Assembly: GCA_015057945.1 (NCBI GenBank)
Contig: SVDD01000007.1
Coordinates: forward strand, 26,830-90,829
Direction: 5' to 3'
Source of the DNA: Lachnospiraceae bacterium
GTDB taxonomy: Bacteria > Bacillota > Clostridia > Lachnospirales > Lachnospiraceae
DNA: 64,000 nt
This document shows, one piece after another, positions 10,032 to 19,097 of the stretch. The notes beneath the pieces are model-generated. The model was not told where the DNA came from. It worked only from the letters and a program-made list of their open reading frames with translations, and made no database searches. A program made the translations under genes and the position numbers. Positions within the stretch are counted from its first letter, which is position 1, and each line of letters starts with the position of its first letter.

Positions 10032-10127
10032 GATACCGGCCAAAGCATTGGCATACAAAATTTACGGCGCTTGTGCCGGTGAGATCTTTGAGCTTCAGAT
10101 ACCGGGCAAAGCATCGGCATACAAAAT
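10032..10127. repeat. Two 30-bp direct repeats separated by 36 bp
   Basis: GATACCGGCCAAAGCATTGGCATACAAAAT (10032-10061) and GATACCGGGCAAAGCATCGGCATACAAAAT (10098-10127), 28/30 identical. Confidence 0.75.
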
Positions 10128-10176
10128 CTCCACGGTACAGAGACTGTGAACAGTATTGATTTTGAAAGGAATCTTT

Positions 10177-10812
10177 ATGCATATAAATCGTTTTATTCTG
10201 GCTTCCGGTTCGCCGCGAAGAAAAGAGCTTCTTGAACAGATCGGCATTGTGCCCGAGATCATTCCAAGCAGCATAGAAGAGGTCATTACATCTACAGTGC
10301 CGTCCGAGGTGGTCATGTCTCTTTCAAAACAGAAGGCTTCGGATATCGCTTCGAAAACCGTGGCAGAAGATGGCACTGCTGCCCTGATACTGGGAGCAGA
10401 CACAGTTGTATCTATAGACGGAAGCATTCTCGGAAAGCCTCATTCACATGAAGAGGCAGCGGAGATGATTAGAAAACTTCAGGGAAGGACCCATCAGGTC
10501 TATACAGGAGTAACAGTCATAGTAGTCCCTTCCATGGCCTCTCCGGAAGATAACAGGAATCAGGGCAGCTTCACTGAGCCTTACGGAACTATGGTCGAGA
10601 ACTTTTCAGTACGGACGGATGTTCATGTATATCCCATGACTGAAGATGAGCTTCTTTCCTATTCTGACTCCGAAGAGCCTATGGACAAGGCGGGTGCCTA
10701 TGGTATACAGGGAACCTTCGCAAAATATGTGAAGGGTATAGATGGTGATTACAACAATGTTGTGGGCCTTCCTGTAGCCGAGGTCTTTCAGCGGATCAAA
10801 CATTTACTCTGA
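10177..10812 (+). CDS. maf: Maf-family nucleoside triphosphate pyrophosphatase
   Basis: ILASGSPRRKELL, GADTVV, LGKP, DKAGAYGIQG and NVVGLP motifs; GAAAGGA RBS before ATG 10177. Confidence 0.93.
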   Translation: MHINRFILASGSPRRKELLEQIGIVPEIIPSSIEEVITSTVPSEVVMSLSKQKASDIASKTVAEDGTAALILGADTVVSIDGSILGKPHSHEEAAEMIRKLQGRTHQVYTGVTVIVVPSMASPEDNRNQGSFTEPYGTMVENFSVRTDVHVYPMTEDELLSYSDSEEPMDKAGAYGIQGTFAKYVKGIDGDYNNVVGLPVAEVFQRIKHLL

Positions 10813-10958
10813 CAGGATTCTGAGGTCAGCACCTTTCGTCACAGGACTGCCACAGGTTTTCCTCGGAACTTTTGTCCCTGTACCCACATAGGTATACAGT
10901 AGTCATTTCACCCGGACAGGGCACTGCTTCTGTCCCTTTACATAAAGGAGAATAACCG

Positions 10959-12347
10959 GTGTATCACTATCTATTTCGATTAAACCGCTTATATGACAAA
11001 TCAAAAATAAAGTGGGATGATCTGGAGTTTTCAAACCTTGACCTGAAAAAGCTCCTCATTCCACTCATGATCGAGAACCTCCTTACAGCCTTTATGGGCA
11101 TGGCGGATTCCATGATGGTCACCCGTGTAGGAAGCGAAGCCATCTCCGCAGTTTCACTGACGGATTCCATCAATACCCTGGTCATCCAGATGTTCTCTGC
11201 TATCGCAACAGGCGGAACCATCATCTGTTCCCAGTATATAGGATCCGGCAACACCGGGAGAGCTAACAAAGCTGCCCAGCAGATAATCCTGTCTGTCATA
11301 GCCATATCTCTTTCGGTAATGCTTATGGCAGAGCTCTTCAATGCAGGTATCCTTCGTCTTGTTTTCGGTCAGGTCGCAGATGGAGTTATGGAGAACTCCA
11401 AAATATATTTCAGATATACCGCCGCATCCTTTCCTTTTATAGCGCTTTATCAGGTTGGGGCTGCATTTTACAGGGCAGGTGGGAACAGTAAATTCCCCAT
11501 GAAGATATCCATCATATCCAATATCCTGAACATCATCGGAAATTATGTTTTCATTTTCATCTTCGGATGGAGCGTCTTCGGTGCCGCACTGTCAACACTA
11601 ATCTCCCGTATGTTTTCAGCCATAGTTCTGATCATTGCCCTTCGACGTCCGGCACAGCCTATAGTCATAAGACAATACATTATAAAACCTGATTTTGATA
11701 TGATAAAACGTATACTCTTCATCGGAATTCCATCCGGTGTGGAGAACAGTATGTTCCAGTTCGGAAAGCTGGCGATCCAGTCCTCAGTCTCAACTCTGGG
11801 CACCACCGCTATAGCGGCTCAGGCCATGACCATCATCTTTGAAAATGTGAACGGAATCGCCGCCATTGCTGTCGGAACGGGTCTTATGACCGTGACAGGT
11901 CAGACCCTTGGAGCCGGAAGAAGAGAAGAGGCAAAATACTACATAGTAAAGCACATGAGAATAGGTGATTACGTCATCATAGGTTCCTGTCTCCTGACAT
12001 TTGCACTTTGCAAGCCTGTCATGTGGCTGGCCGGTATGGAGCCGCAAAGCGCAGCTATGTGCTTCGATATGATGATTTATATCACAGTCCTCAAATGTAT
12101 CTTCTGGGTGCCAAGCTTCATCATTCCTTACGGACTCAGGGCTGCCGGGGATGTAAGCTACACCATGATAGTTTCTTCCATGTCCATGTGGTGCACAAGA
12201 GTGGCACTTACGACCTTCCTCATTCGCGTCATGGGCTTCGGCCCCATCGCAGTATGGTACGGCATGTCCCTGGACTGGCTGGTACGCGGACTTTTCTATA
12301 TTCACAGGCTTATGGGCAAGAAATGGATGAGACATCAGCTCATCTGA
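10959..12347 (+). CDS. MATE-family efflux transporter
   Basis: About 12 TM with a duplicated MatE pattern (PLMIENLL, RAGGNSKFP, IGIPSGVEN, LRAAGDV); GTG start after AAGGAG. Confidence 0.9.
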   Translation: MYHYLFRLNRLYDKSKIKWDDLEFSNLDLKKLLIPLMIENLLTAFMGMADSMMVTRVGSEAISAVSLTDSINTLVIQMFSAIATGGTIICSQYIGSGNTGRANKAAQQIILSVIAISLSVMLMAELFNAGILRLVFGQVADGVMENSKIYFRYTAASFPFIALYQVGAAFYRAGGNSKFPMKISIISNILNIIGNYVFIFIFGWSVFGAALSTLISRMFSAIVLIIALRRPAQPIVIRQYIIKPDFDMIKRILFIGIPSGVENSMFQFGKLAIQSSVSTLGTTAIAAQAMTIIFENVNGIAAIAVGTGLMTVTGQTLGAGRREEAKYYIVKHMRIGDYVIIGSCLLTFALCKPVMWLAGMEPQSAAMCFDMMIYITVLKCIFWVPSFIIPYGLRAAGDVSYTMIVSSMSMWCTRVALTTFLIRVMGFGPIAVWYGMSLDWLVRGLFYIHRLMGKKWMRHQLI

Positions 12348-12354
12348 TATAAGT

Positions 12355-12402
12355 AAAAAAATTCAGCAGCACGTACATGAGTGTGTACGTGCTGCTGTTT
12401 TT
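12355..12402. terminator. Bidirectional terminator between the MATE gene and the convergent kinase
   Basis: CAGCAGCACGTACA/TGTACGTGCTGCTG stem with an A tract on the left and a T tract on the right. Confidence 0.75.
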
Positions 12403-13870
12403 ATGCCAGTGGCAATTCCACCTTAAAGGTATTGATTCCGTTACCGGATTCGGCCCATATACGTCCTTTATGTTCCTTCACTATATTCTCTGCTATGGAG
12501 AGCCCCAGTCCGTAGGAATGGTTCATGGCCCTAGCCTCATCTATACGATAGAAACGTTTGAATATGTTCTTCAGATCCTCATCTGAGATCTGTTCACCGG
12601 GGTCAGCCACGCTGAGAAGGCATTTGTGGGAGCCGGACTTCTTTAATGAGACCACCACATTTCCGTTAGGCAAGCTGTATTTCCGGGCATTATCAAGAAG
12701 TATCTCAATGACCTGTTTGATGTACTGGGGAGCGCCTTTGATGCTTATTCCCTTTTCGATATCCTCACTAAGCATCAGACCCTTCTCAAAGAACATCACT
12801 TCAAAGGTCATGATCTCGTTTGACACTGTCCGGGACAGATCGATGATCTGCTCAGGAGCTTTCTGTATGGCACCGTTATCAACTCTTGCCAGCTGCAGCA
12901 GACTTTCCACAAGTCCTCTCATCTGATGGGACATGGTCAGGATATTGTCGGCAAACTGCTTTTTCTTTAATTCATCAAAATCCTTTGACTTAAGCATTTC
13001 CGCATCCGTAAGAATGACAGACAGCGGTGTTTTCAGCTCATGTGAAGCATCGGATATGAACTGCCTCTGTCTGATCCAGGCATCCTCCACGGGTTTTACA
13101 GCCCATCTTGCGAAGAACATGGCGATGACCAGAAAGACTATGAAGCTCAGAAGTCCTATAAAAAAACAGTTTCGTATAAGATTTTTCATAGTGGCGACTT
13201 CAGAGGAAACGTCTGCAAAAACTATTATCCTGTTGCTCTTGCCGTCCCAGTTTTCATCCATGATCTCAGATGGATCCGGTTCCCCGTTTCCACCGTCAGG
13301 TATAGCTTCAGCATTTCCGGGTGCCTCAGGCTCCGGTCCTGCCTTTACCTTTTCAGCATCTGCACTATCAGAGACCCCGGGCTCTGTATCCGGATTTATC
13401 CCCGTCTGTTTATCAGGCTCCGGGCCCGGCGGATCGCCCCCGGACAGCTTTGTATCTTTTCTTAGTTGAGAGGGCACTGCCCGGAAATATCTAAGATTAT
13501 AATCAGACAGATCCCCGAGTCTTTCTTTTCTGGACAAAACCTCACTTACCAGGGAATTTATAGTCTCTTCATCCGTAAGATCATAGAAATCCCCGTCGGT
13601 ATCTACTATATTGCCATCTGTATCCACCTCAACTCTGAAGAAGGGCAGCTGTACATCTGTATTTTCGTTTACTCCACGCCTTTCGGGACGACGATTTTTA
13701 TTCTTTCCCATCGGAATAGAGGACACGCCTTCTATCATCTTCACGCTGTCGGTAAAGATACGGCGATGGGTGAGACCAAGTACCAGTCCGAAGATCACAA
13801 AAAGCATTATGGTCACTATGACCATGGTTATGACCACGAATCGGACTCTCAGTTTTTTTATCATCTCCAT
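12401..13870 (-). CDS. Sensor histidine kinase with a Pro/acidic insertion in the extracytoplasmic domain
   Basis: Two TM segments, FISDASHELKTPL H-box, DNARKYS, FKRFYRID and GLGLSIA motifs. Confidence 0.92.
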   Translation of the reverse strand: MEMIKKLRVRFVVITMVIVTIMLFVIFGLVLGLTHRRIFTDSVKMIEGVSSIPMGKNKNRRPERRGVNENTDVQLPFFRVEVDTDGNIVDTDGDFYDLTDEETINSLVSEVLSRKERLGDLSDYNLRYFRAVPSQLRKDTKLSGGDPPGPEPDKQTGINPDTEPGVSDSADAEKVKAGPEPEAPGNAEAIPDGGNGEPDPSEIMDENWDGKSNRIIVFADVSSEVATMKNLIRNCFFIGLLSFIVFLVIAMFFARWAVKPVEDAWIRQRQFISDASHELKTPLSVILTDAEMLKSKDFDELKKKQFADNILTMSHQMRGLVESLLQLARVDNGAIQKAPEQIIDLSRTVSNEIMTFEVMFFEKGLMLSEDIEKGISIKGAPQYIKQVIEILLDNARKYSLPNGNVVVSLKKSGSHKCLLSVADPGEQISDEDLKNIFKRFYRIDEARAMNHSYGLGLSIAENIVKEHKGRIWAESGNGINTFKVELPLA

Positions 13871-13876
13871 AAGAAA

Positions 13877-14548
13877 TCACTCCTCCAGTTCAAGATGATA
13901 CCCGAGTCGTCTTGCAGCAACGATATTGACATTGGAACCGATGGACTTCAGTTTCTTTCTGAGAAATCCTACATATACTTCAACATGATTTTCCACCGCA
14001 TCGGAATCATATCCCCATACTTTACTGAGAATGTACTCCTTGGAAAGATTCTTGTCCTTTGACTGCATAAGCATCCTCATGACCTCAAATTCCTTGGCGC
14101 TCAGGCGAAGCTCGTTTTCATCGCATATAAGACTTCCAGAGCCAAGCTCAAGTGAAGTATTTCCAAAAACAAGCTCATCAACTTCCGTGCCCTGTCGTCT
14201 GAGAAGAGCTGTCACACAGGCCAGAAGCTCACGACTGTCAAAAGGCTTGGTGAGATAGTAGTCTGCACCTGAATTGAGACCCTCGACCCTGTCCAGGAGA
14301 TCAGACTTTGCTGTGAGCATGAGAATAGGTGTGCTGAGATGTATCTGACGGAGCTTTTTTGCCACCTGGAAACCATTCATCTTCGGCATCATGACATCAA
14401 GTATCAAAAGGTCATAGACCCCGGTTTCAGCATAGTCAACTCCAGACTCACCATCGTACACCGCATCCGCCTCATAACCCTTATCCTCAAGAAGGGTCTT
14501 TATGGAATCCGCAAGGAGCTTTTCATCTTCAACAACCAGTATTTTCAT
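13877..14548 (-). CDS. OmpR-family response regulator
   Basis: ILVVEDE, ILDVMMP, YLTKPF receiver; winged-helix VEVYVGFLRKKL and GYHL. Confidence 0.95.
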   Translation of the reverse strand: MKILVVEDEKLLADSIKTLLEDKGYEADAVYDGESGVDYAETGVYDLLILDVMMPKMNGFQVAKKLRQIHLSTPILMLTAKSDLLDRVEGLNSGADYYLTKPFDSRELLACVTALLRRQGTEVDELVFGNTSLELGSGSLICDENELRLSAKEFEVMRMLMQSKDKNLSKEYILSKVWGYDSDAVENHVEVYVGFLRKKLKSIGSNVNIVAARRLGYHLELEE

Positions 14549-14710
14549 TTCTGTTTCCTCTTATTTTATTGATATCTGTTTAACATATAAATGTTGTACC
14601 TAAATCCCGGAAGCATACATCTTTAACCTGCTTCGGACTGTTCTTCTTTCACTTACGCTGAAGGCGGATATATCCGCCATTATCATCAGTATAGCTGAAT
14701 AAACATCTGA

Positions 14711-14878
14711 ATTGTAGAATTTAAAGCTGAAAACAGTCTGAAAACAGTCTCCGGATATACAAAAAAGATGTTTCATTAATGATGAAAAGCCCGGGTTTGT
14801 GAACAATTTGTGAAAACTTGATTTCTGAATGTTTCCTTAAAGAATTTTCAGCTGCATTTCAGCTTTCATAGTTAAAAT
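14711..14878. promoter_or_regulatory. Divergent promoters, each with a TTTCAG-N5-TTTCAG box 10 bp upstream of a -10 element
   Basis: Plus: TTTCAG 14846-51 and 14857-62, TAAAAT 14873-78. Minus: TTTCAG 14743-38 and 14732-27, TACAAT 14716-11. Confidence 0.7.
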
Positions 14879-14980
14879 CCCACTAGCTTTTGATGAAAAT
14901 GTCCCGGGTGTTTCTTTTGACGCCTCCCGTCACAGACAATCGGACTTTCATCCCTTTGATTCACTTGAAAAGGAGATACT

Positions 14981-16081
14981 ATGAACAGAAGATTAATGTA
15001 CGGCACTCTGGCTGCAGTCACCGGCATAGTGAGTATCGTTTCATATACCCCGTTAACGGCATTTGCCTCTACCTCACTTACCCAGAGGAAAAACGCTCTG
15101 ATAAGTGCAAAGATAATAGAAAACTTTGACGTGACACTGAACGAACAGCCGGTTTCGAGAGCAGAGTTCGCAAAAATGGTAGTCATGGCCTCAACATACC
15201 ACACCATGGTGGCATCAGAGTCCAATGTCTCCGTCTTTTCAGATGTGCTTTCAACCTCACAGTATGCTTCCTATATACGTATAGCCGCAGAGCAGGGCTG
15301 GCTCAGTGCGTACCTTGGCGGTCTTTTCAAGCCGGATCAGGGTATCAAGATGACAGAAGCAGAAAAAGCCTGCCTTACACTTCTCGGATACTCAAATTCC
15401 GACTTCACGGGAAATCTTGTGAACAACAGGCACGCCAAGGCGACTGCCATAGGTCTCATCGAAAACGTAAACAAAGGTGTAAATGAATACCTTACCTACC
15501 AGGATTGTGTAAATATCCTTTATAACCTCATGAAGACCAACACCTATGCCAACGAATCCGCCACAAGGACAAACAACACCATCTACGGAAAGATTTTCGG
15601 CTTCGAACTTACTGACAACGACGATCTTAACCTTCTCAGCACTCTGGAAGCAAATCTCAAAGGTCCTTATCTTCTTAAGGTCGATAAGAGCATTTCGAGC
15701 ATCATTCCTTTCAGCGAAAGCTCAGGAAGCTATACCCTCAATGGCGAAACCTCTTCAGCAGACGCCATCGAGGATGCGGCTTCAAGCGGAGATCCTGTGG
15801 TTATATACTACAACTCCTCAACAAAGTCGGTTTATGCATATTCATCCTCCGGTACAGATATGGGAACAGTCACCGGTACTATCGATGCTGTATATTACAG
15901 CTCAACAAATCTCATGACACCGACCTCGGTTTCCATCGACGGTGTCGAATATACTGTAGGAAACGATGATGTGGCTTATGCCTTCTCCGTATACGGAAGT
16001 CTGGAAAAGGATGACAAGGTCACCATCGTCTGGTCACTCAATTCAGAGGGCGAGCAGGAGATCACTGCAGTCGCAAATTAA
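14981..16081 (+). CDS. Secreted S-layer homology (SLH) domain protein
   Basis: Signal peptide; SLH-like motifs VSRAEFAKMV, FSDV, FKPDQGIKMTEA, YLTYQDCVNILYN. Confidence 0.75.
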   Translation: MNRRLMYGTLAAVTGIVSIVSYTPLTAFASTSLTQRKNALISAKIIENFDVTLNEQPVSRAEFAKMVVMASTYHTMVASESNVSVFSDVLSTSQYASYIRIAAEQGWLSAYLGGLFKPDQGIKMTEAEKACLTLLGYSNSDFTGNLVNNRHAKATAIGLIENVNKGVNEYLTYQDCVNILYNLMKTNTYANESATRTNNTIYGKIFGFELTDNDDLNLLSTLEANLKGPYLLKVDKSISSIIPFSESSGSYTLNGETSSADAIEDAASSGDPVVIYYNSSTKSVYAYSSSGTDMGTVTGTIDAVYYSSTNLMTPTSVSIDGVEYTVGNDDVAYAFSVYGSLEKDDKVTIVWSLNSEGEQEITAVAN

Positions 16082-16087
16082 TAATCA

Positions 16088-16158
16088 TGATGTAAGTGTT
16101 ATGAGACTCCGCACACATTTTCAGCCCATATAAGAGAAGCCTTATGACACCTGTATCA
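16088..16158. mobile_element. Miniature degenerate copy of the 182-bp TIR element, with a 5-bp TSD (AATCA)
   Basis: Ends TGATGTAAGTGTTATGAG / CTTATGACACCTGTATCA; AATCA at 16083-87 and 16159-63. Confidence 0.6.
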
Positions 16159-16184
16159 AATCATCAGAAAATCTGGAGCAGCAA

Positions 16185-17969
16185 ATGAAACTTAAATTCC
16201 CATCAAAAAAACTGATCTTCGCCGCTGTGGTTCTCATAGCCGCAGCAGCCGGAGCTTTCTTTTATCTCACCAAACAGAAAGTCTCTGTTTCATCAGATTC
16301 AAAAGTAAAAACCGGAACCGTTACAAGGCAGACCATCCAGTCCTCTTTATCCAGCTCCGGTACCATCTCACCGAAGAACAGCTACAAAATCACCTCAATG
16401 GTTGATGGAACCATCATCTCGGCAGACTTTCAGGAAGGGGATGTGGTGGAAGAGGGGCAGGTACTTTACCAGATAGATTCCTCCTCCATAAATTCGAAGC
16501 TCAGTTCCGCAAACAGTTCACTGGAGCGTTCAGAGAACAGTTACTCAAGAGCTGTCAGCAATTATGACAAGGCATCCTCGGATTTCAGCGGCAATACCGT
16601 AAAGTCCAAGTATACCGGTCATATAAAATCCATAAATATCTCCATCGGAGATCAGGTAAGCTCAAACACGGAGATCGCAGAGATATACGACGATTCAACC
16701 ATGAAGCTGGATGTACCCTTCCTTTCAGTGGAAGCTGCCATGATACCTGTTGGAACTGCAGCAACCGTAGTTATCGAAGATACGCTTGAAGAGGTCATCG
16801 GAATCGTCACTTCGGTTGACTCAATGGAATCCACCCTTACCGGCGGTCAGCTGGTCAGATACGTGACCATTGAGGTTTCTAATCCCGGCGGTCTTACCAC
16901 AGATATGTCCGCCACCGCCAGCATTAACGGCATGAACTCATCCGGTGACGGTACATTCCAGGCAGCAAGAGACTTCACCATAAAGGCAGACAATCTTACT
17001 TCCTCGGTAACTGTAGAACAGCTTCTGGTAAATGAAGGAGACTATGTGGTAGCAGGACAGGCACTTTTCCTTGCGGATGCCGACGACATTGAAGATATCA
17101 TTTACAACTACAAGGACAAGGTCGACAGCGCAAAGTCCTCAGTTGAGAGCGCTCAGTCCAGTCTCGATTCAACAACAGACACTTTCGAAAATTACACCAT
17201 TACGGCACCTATTTCAGGTACTGTAGTCACAAAGAGCGTAAATGTCGGCGAGAACGTTCAGAACGGTTCCTCAGCCACATCCCTCGCAGTAATATATGAC
17301 CTCACAGAAGTCACCTTCGATATGAACATCGATGAGCTTGATATTTCCGCAGTCAAGGTCGGTCAGTCTGTTGATGTAACGGCAGACGCCTTCGAGGGAG
17401 AGACCTTTAAGGGAACTGTTACAAAGATATCCATGGAGGGAACATCTTCAAACGGTGTTACATATTACCCTGTAACAGTGACCATGACAGATTTCGGAGG
17501 CCTTCTTCCCGGCATGAACGTTGAAGGCGTTATCATCCTTGATGAATCCGAAAACGCTCTTGCGATCCCAGTGGATGCCCTTCAGCGCGGCAACAAGGTA
17601 TATGTTAAGAACAAGGCCGGAGAGACCTATGACAGTTCAGCATCATCCGGTGATTCGGATAAATCCGAAAAAACATCTTTCTCAAGCATACCTGACGGCT
17701 TCCATGAAGTTTCAGTAGAAACAGGCCTGACATCAGACACTTATGTGGAGATCGTTTCCGGGGAACTTGAAGAAGGAGACGAGGTCTATGTTTCCCAGTC
17801 CACCGTAAGCTCTGACGAGAACCCGGGCATGATGATGGGAGGTCCCGGCGGATCAGGTGGTCCGGAAGGCTCAGGCGGCCCCGGCGGCGGATTCAGCGGA
17901 TCAGGTGGCGGAAACCGAAGCGGCGGAAGCGGAAACCGAAGCGGTGGAAGCGGTGGTCCTCCAATGTAA
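16185..17969 (+). CDS. MacA/HlyD-type membrane fusion (adaptor) protein with a Gly-rich tail
   Basis: N-terminal TM, two lipoyl-like segments (ITSMVDGTI...EGDVVEEGQVL; ITAPISGTV...VGENV), coiled coils, GG-rich C-terminus. Confidence 0.85.
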   Translation: MKLKFPSKKLIFAAVVLIAAAAGAFFYLTKQKVSVSSDSKVKTGTVTRQTIQSSLSSSGTISPKNSYKITSMVDGTIISADFQEGDVVEEGQVLYQIDSSSINSKLSSANSSLERSENSYSRAVSNYDKASSDFSGNTVKSKYTGHIKSINISIGDQVSSNTEIAEIYDDSTMKLDVPFLSVEAAMIPVGTAATVVIEDTLEEVIGIVTSVDSMESTLTGGQLVRYVTIEVSNPGGLTTDMSATASINGMNSSGDGTFQAARDFTIKADNLTSSVTVEQLLVNEGDYVVAGQALFLADADDIEDIIYNYKDKVDSAKSSVESAQSSLDSTTDTFENYTITAPISGTVVTKSVNVGENVQNGSSATSLAVIYDLTEVTFDMNIDELDISAVKVGQSVDVTADAFEGETFKGTVTKISMEGTSSNGVTYYPVTVTMTDFGGLLPGMNVEGVIILDESENALAIPVDALQRGNKVYVKNKAGETYDSSASSGDSDKSEKTSFSSIPDGFHEVSVETGLTSDTYVEIVSGELEEGDEVYVSQSTVSSDENPGMMMGGPGGSGGPEGSGGPGGGFSGSGGGNRSGGSGNRSGGSGGPPM

Positions 17970-18066
17970 AGATGTGAGTGTCAAAAGTCGATATCGGGAC
18001 GTGTCATGATTCTTCCGTCACTTTTGTGGAAGCTCAGGTGAAGGTAAGCTTATGACACTTATATCC
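17970..18066 (+). mobile_element. Internally deleted copy (97 bp) of the 182-bp TIR element
   Basis: Both ends present (GATGTGAGTGTCAAAAGTCGATATCGG ... CTTATGACACTTATATC); the central module is missing. Confidence 0.8.
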
Positions 18067-18119
18067 AAATCTTGAAGGGAATCACTTGCGGATTCCCTGA
18101 TTTTAAAAAAGGACATTAT

Positions 18120-19097
18120 ATGGCAATTAAAGACATTATCAAAAAACAGGAGGCAGAATCGGCCGAACCCGTAAGAACCGGAGAACCCGGTACGGAGGAA
18201 AATGCGAAAAAGGCGGATGGAATTTACAAAGACACTGCCGCTGCTTTTCAGGAGCCCGGTTCTGACGAATCGGAGCCTGATGAATATGCCGAGAACCACG
18301 AAGAAATCGCAAAGCTTAAAGCTGCTCAGGAAGCAGTACGGAACAGGGGAGGAAAAAATCAGACCCTGTACATTCCTAAGGAGCACATAGGCAAGCTGCC
18401 TCTTCTGGAGCTTAGGGATATATATAAGATCTACAAGATGGGCTCCGAGGAGGTCCACGCCAACGACGGAATTTCCATCAATATATATGACGGTGATTTC
18501 GTCGCCATTGTCGGAAAGTCAGGTTCCGGCAAATCCACCCTCATGAACATCATCGGAGCCCTGGATGTACCGACCAGCGGAAGATATCTCATAAACGGTC
18601 AGGATACTTCCTCCATGACAGATGACGAGCTTGCCAACATCAGAAACAAAAAGATAGGATTCATTTTCCAGCAGTATAATCTTCTTCCGAAGGATAATCT
18701 TCTGGACAATGTCTGCCTGCCCCTTCTTTATGCCGGTGTTCCTAAGGCAGAACAGAAGGAGCGTGCCATGAAGCAGCTTGAGAGAGTAGGCCTTGCTGAC
18801 AAGTGGATGCAAAAGCCCGCTCAGCTTTCCGGAGGTCAGCAGCAAAGAGTATCCATTGCAAGAGCCCTTGCGGGGGACCCTGAGCTTATCCTTGCGGACG
18901 AGCCCACCGGAGCTCTTGATTCAAAGACTTCAAGACAGGTGCTTGGCTTCCTGAAAGATATCAACAGAGACGGCAATACCGTCGTGATGATCACACATGA
19001 CAATTCCATCGCGCTTGAAGCGAAAAGAATAGTGCGTATATCCGACGGTAAGGTAGTTTATGACGGAACAGCGGAGGACTATGCTAAACTCATTTAA
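18120..19097 (+). CDS. MacB/LolD-type ABC ATP-binding protein with a charged N-terminal extension
   Basis: GKSGSGKST, FIFQQYNLL, LSGGQQQRV, ADEPTGALD, ITHD; AAGGA RBS before ATG 18120. Confidence 0.93.
   Translation: MAIKDIIKKQEAESAEPVRTGEPGTEENAKKADGIYKDTAAAFQEPGSDESEPDEYAENHEEIAKLKAAQEAVRNRGGKNQTLYIPKEHIGKLPLLELRDIYKIYKMGSEEVHANDGISINIYDGDFVAIVGKSGSGKSTLMNIIGALDVPTSGRYLINGQDTSSMTDDELANIRNKKIGFIFQQYNLLPKDNLLDNVCLPLLYAGVPKAEQKERAMKQLERVGLADKWMQKPAQLSGGQQQRVSIARALAGDPELILADEPTGALDSKTSRQVLGFLKDINRDGNTVVMITHDNSIALEAKRIVRISDGKVVYDGTAEDYAKLI

Noticed and set aside
10032-10127. CRISPR array
   Set aside because: Only two repeats, no cas gene or leader in the window, and an unrecognised repeat; kept only as a low-interest finding.
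17830-17960. Gly-rich repeats at the end of the adaptor gene
   Set aside because: Such tails are common in Firmicute MacA-like proteins.
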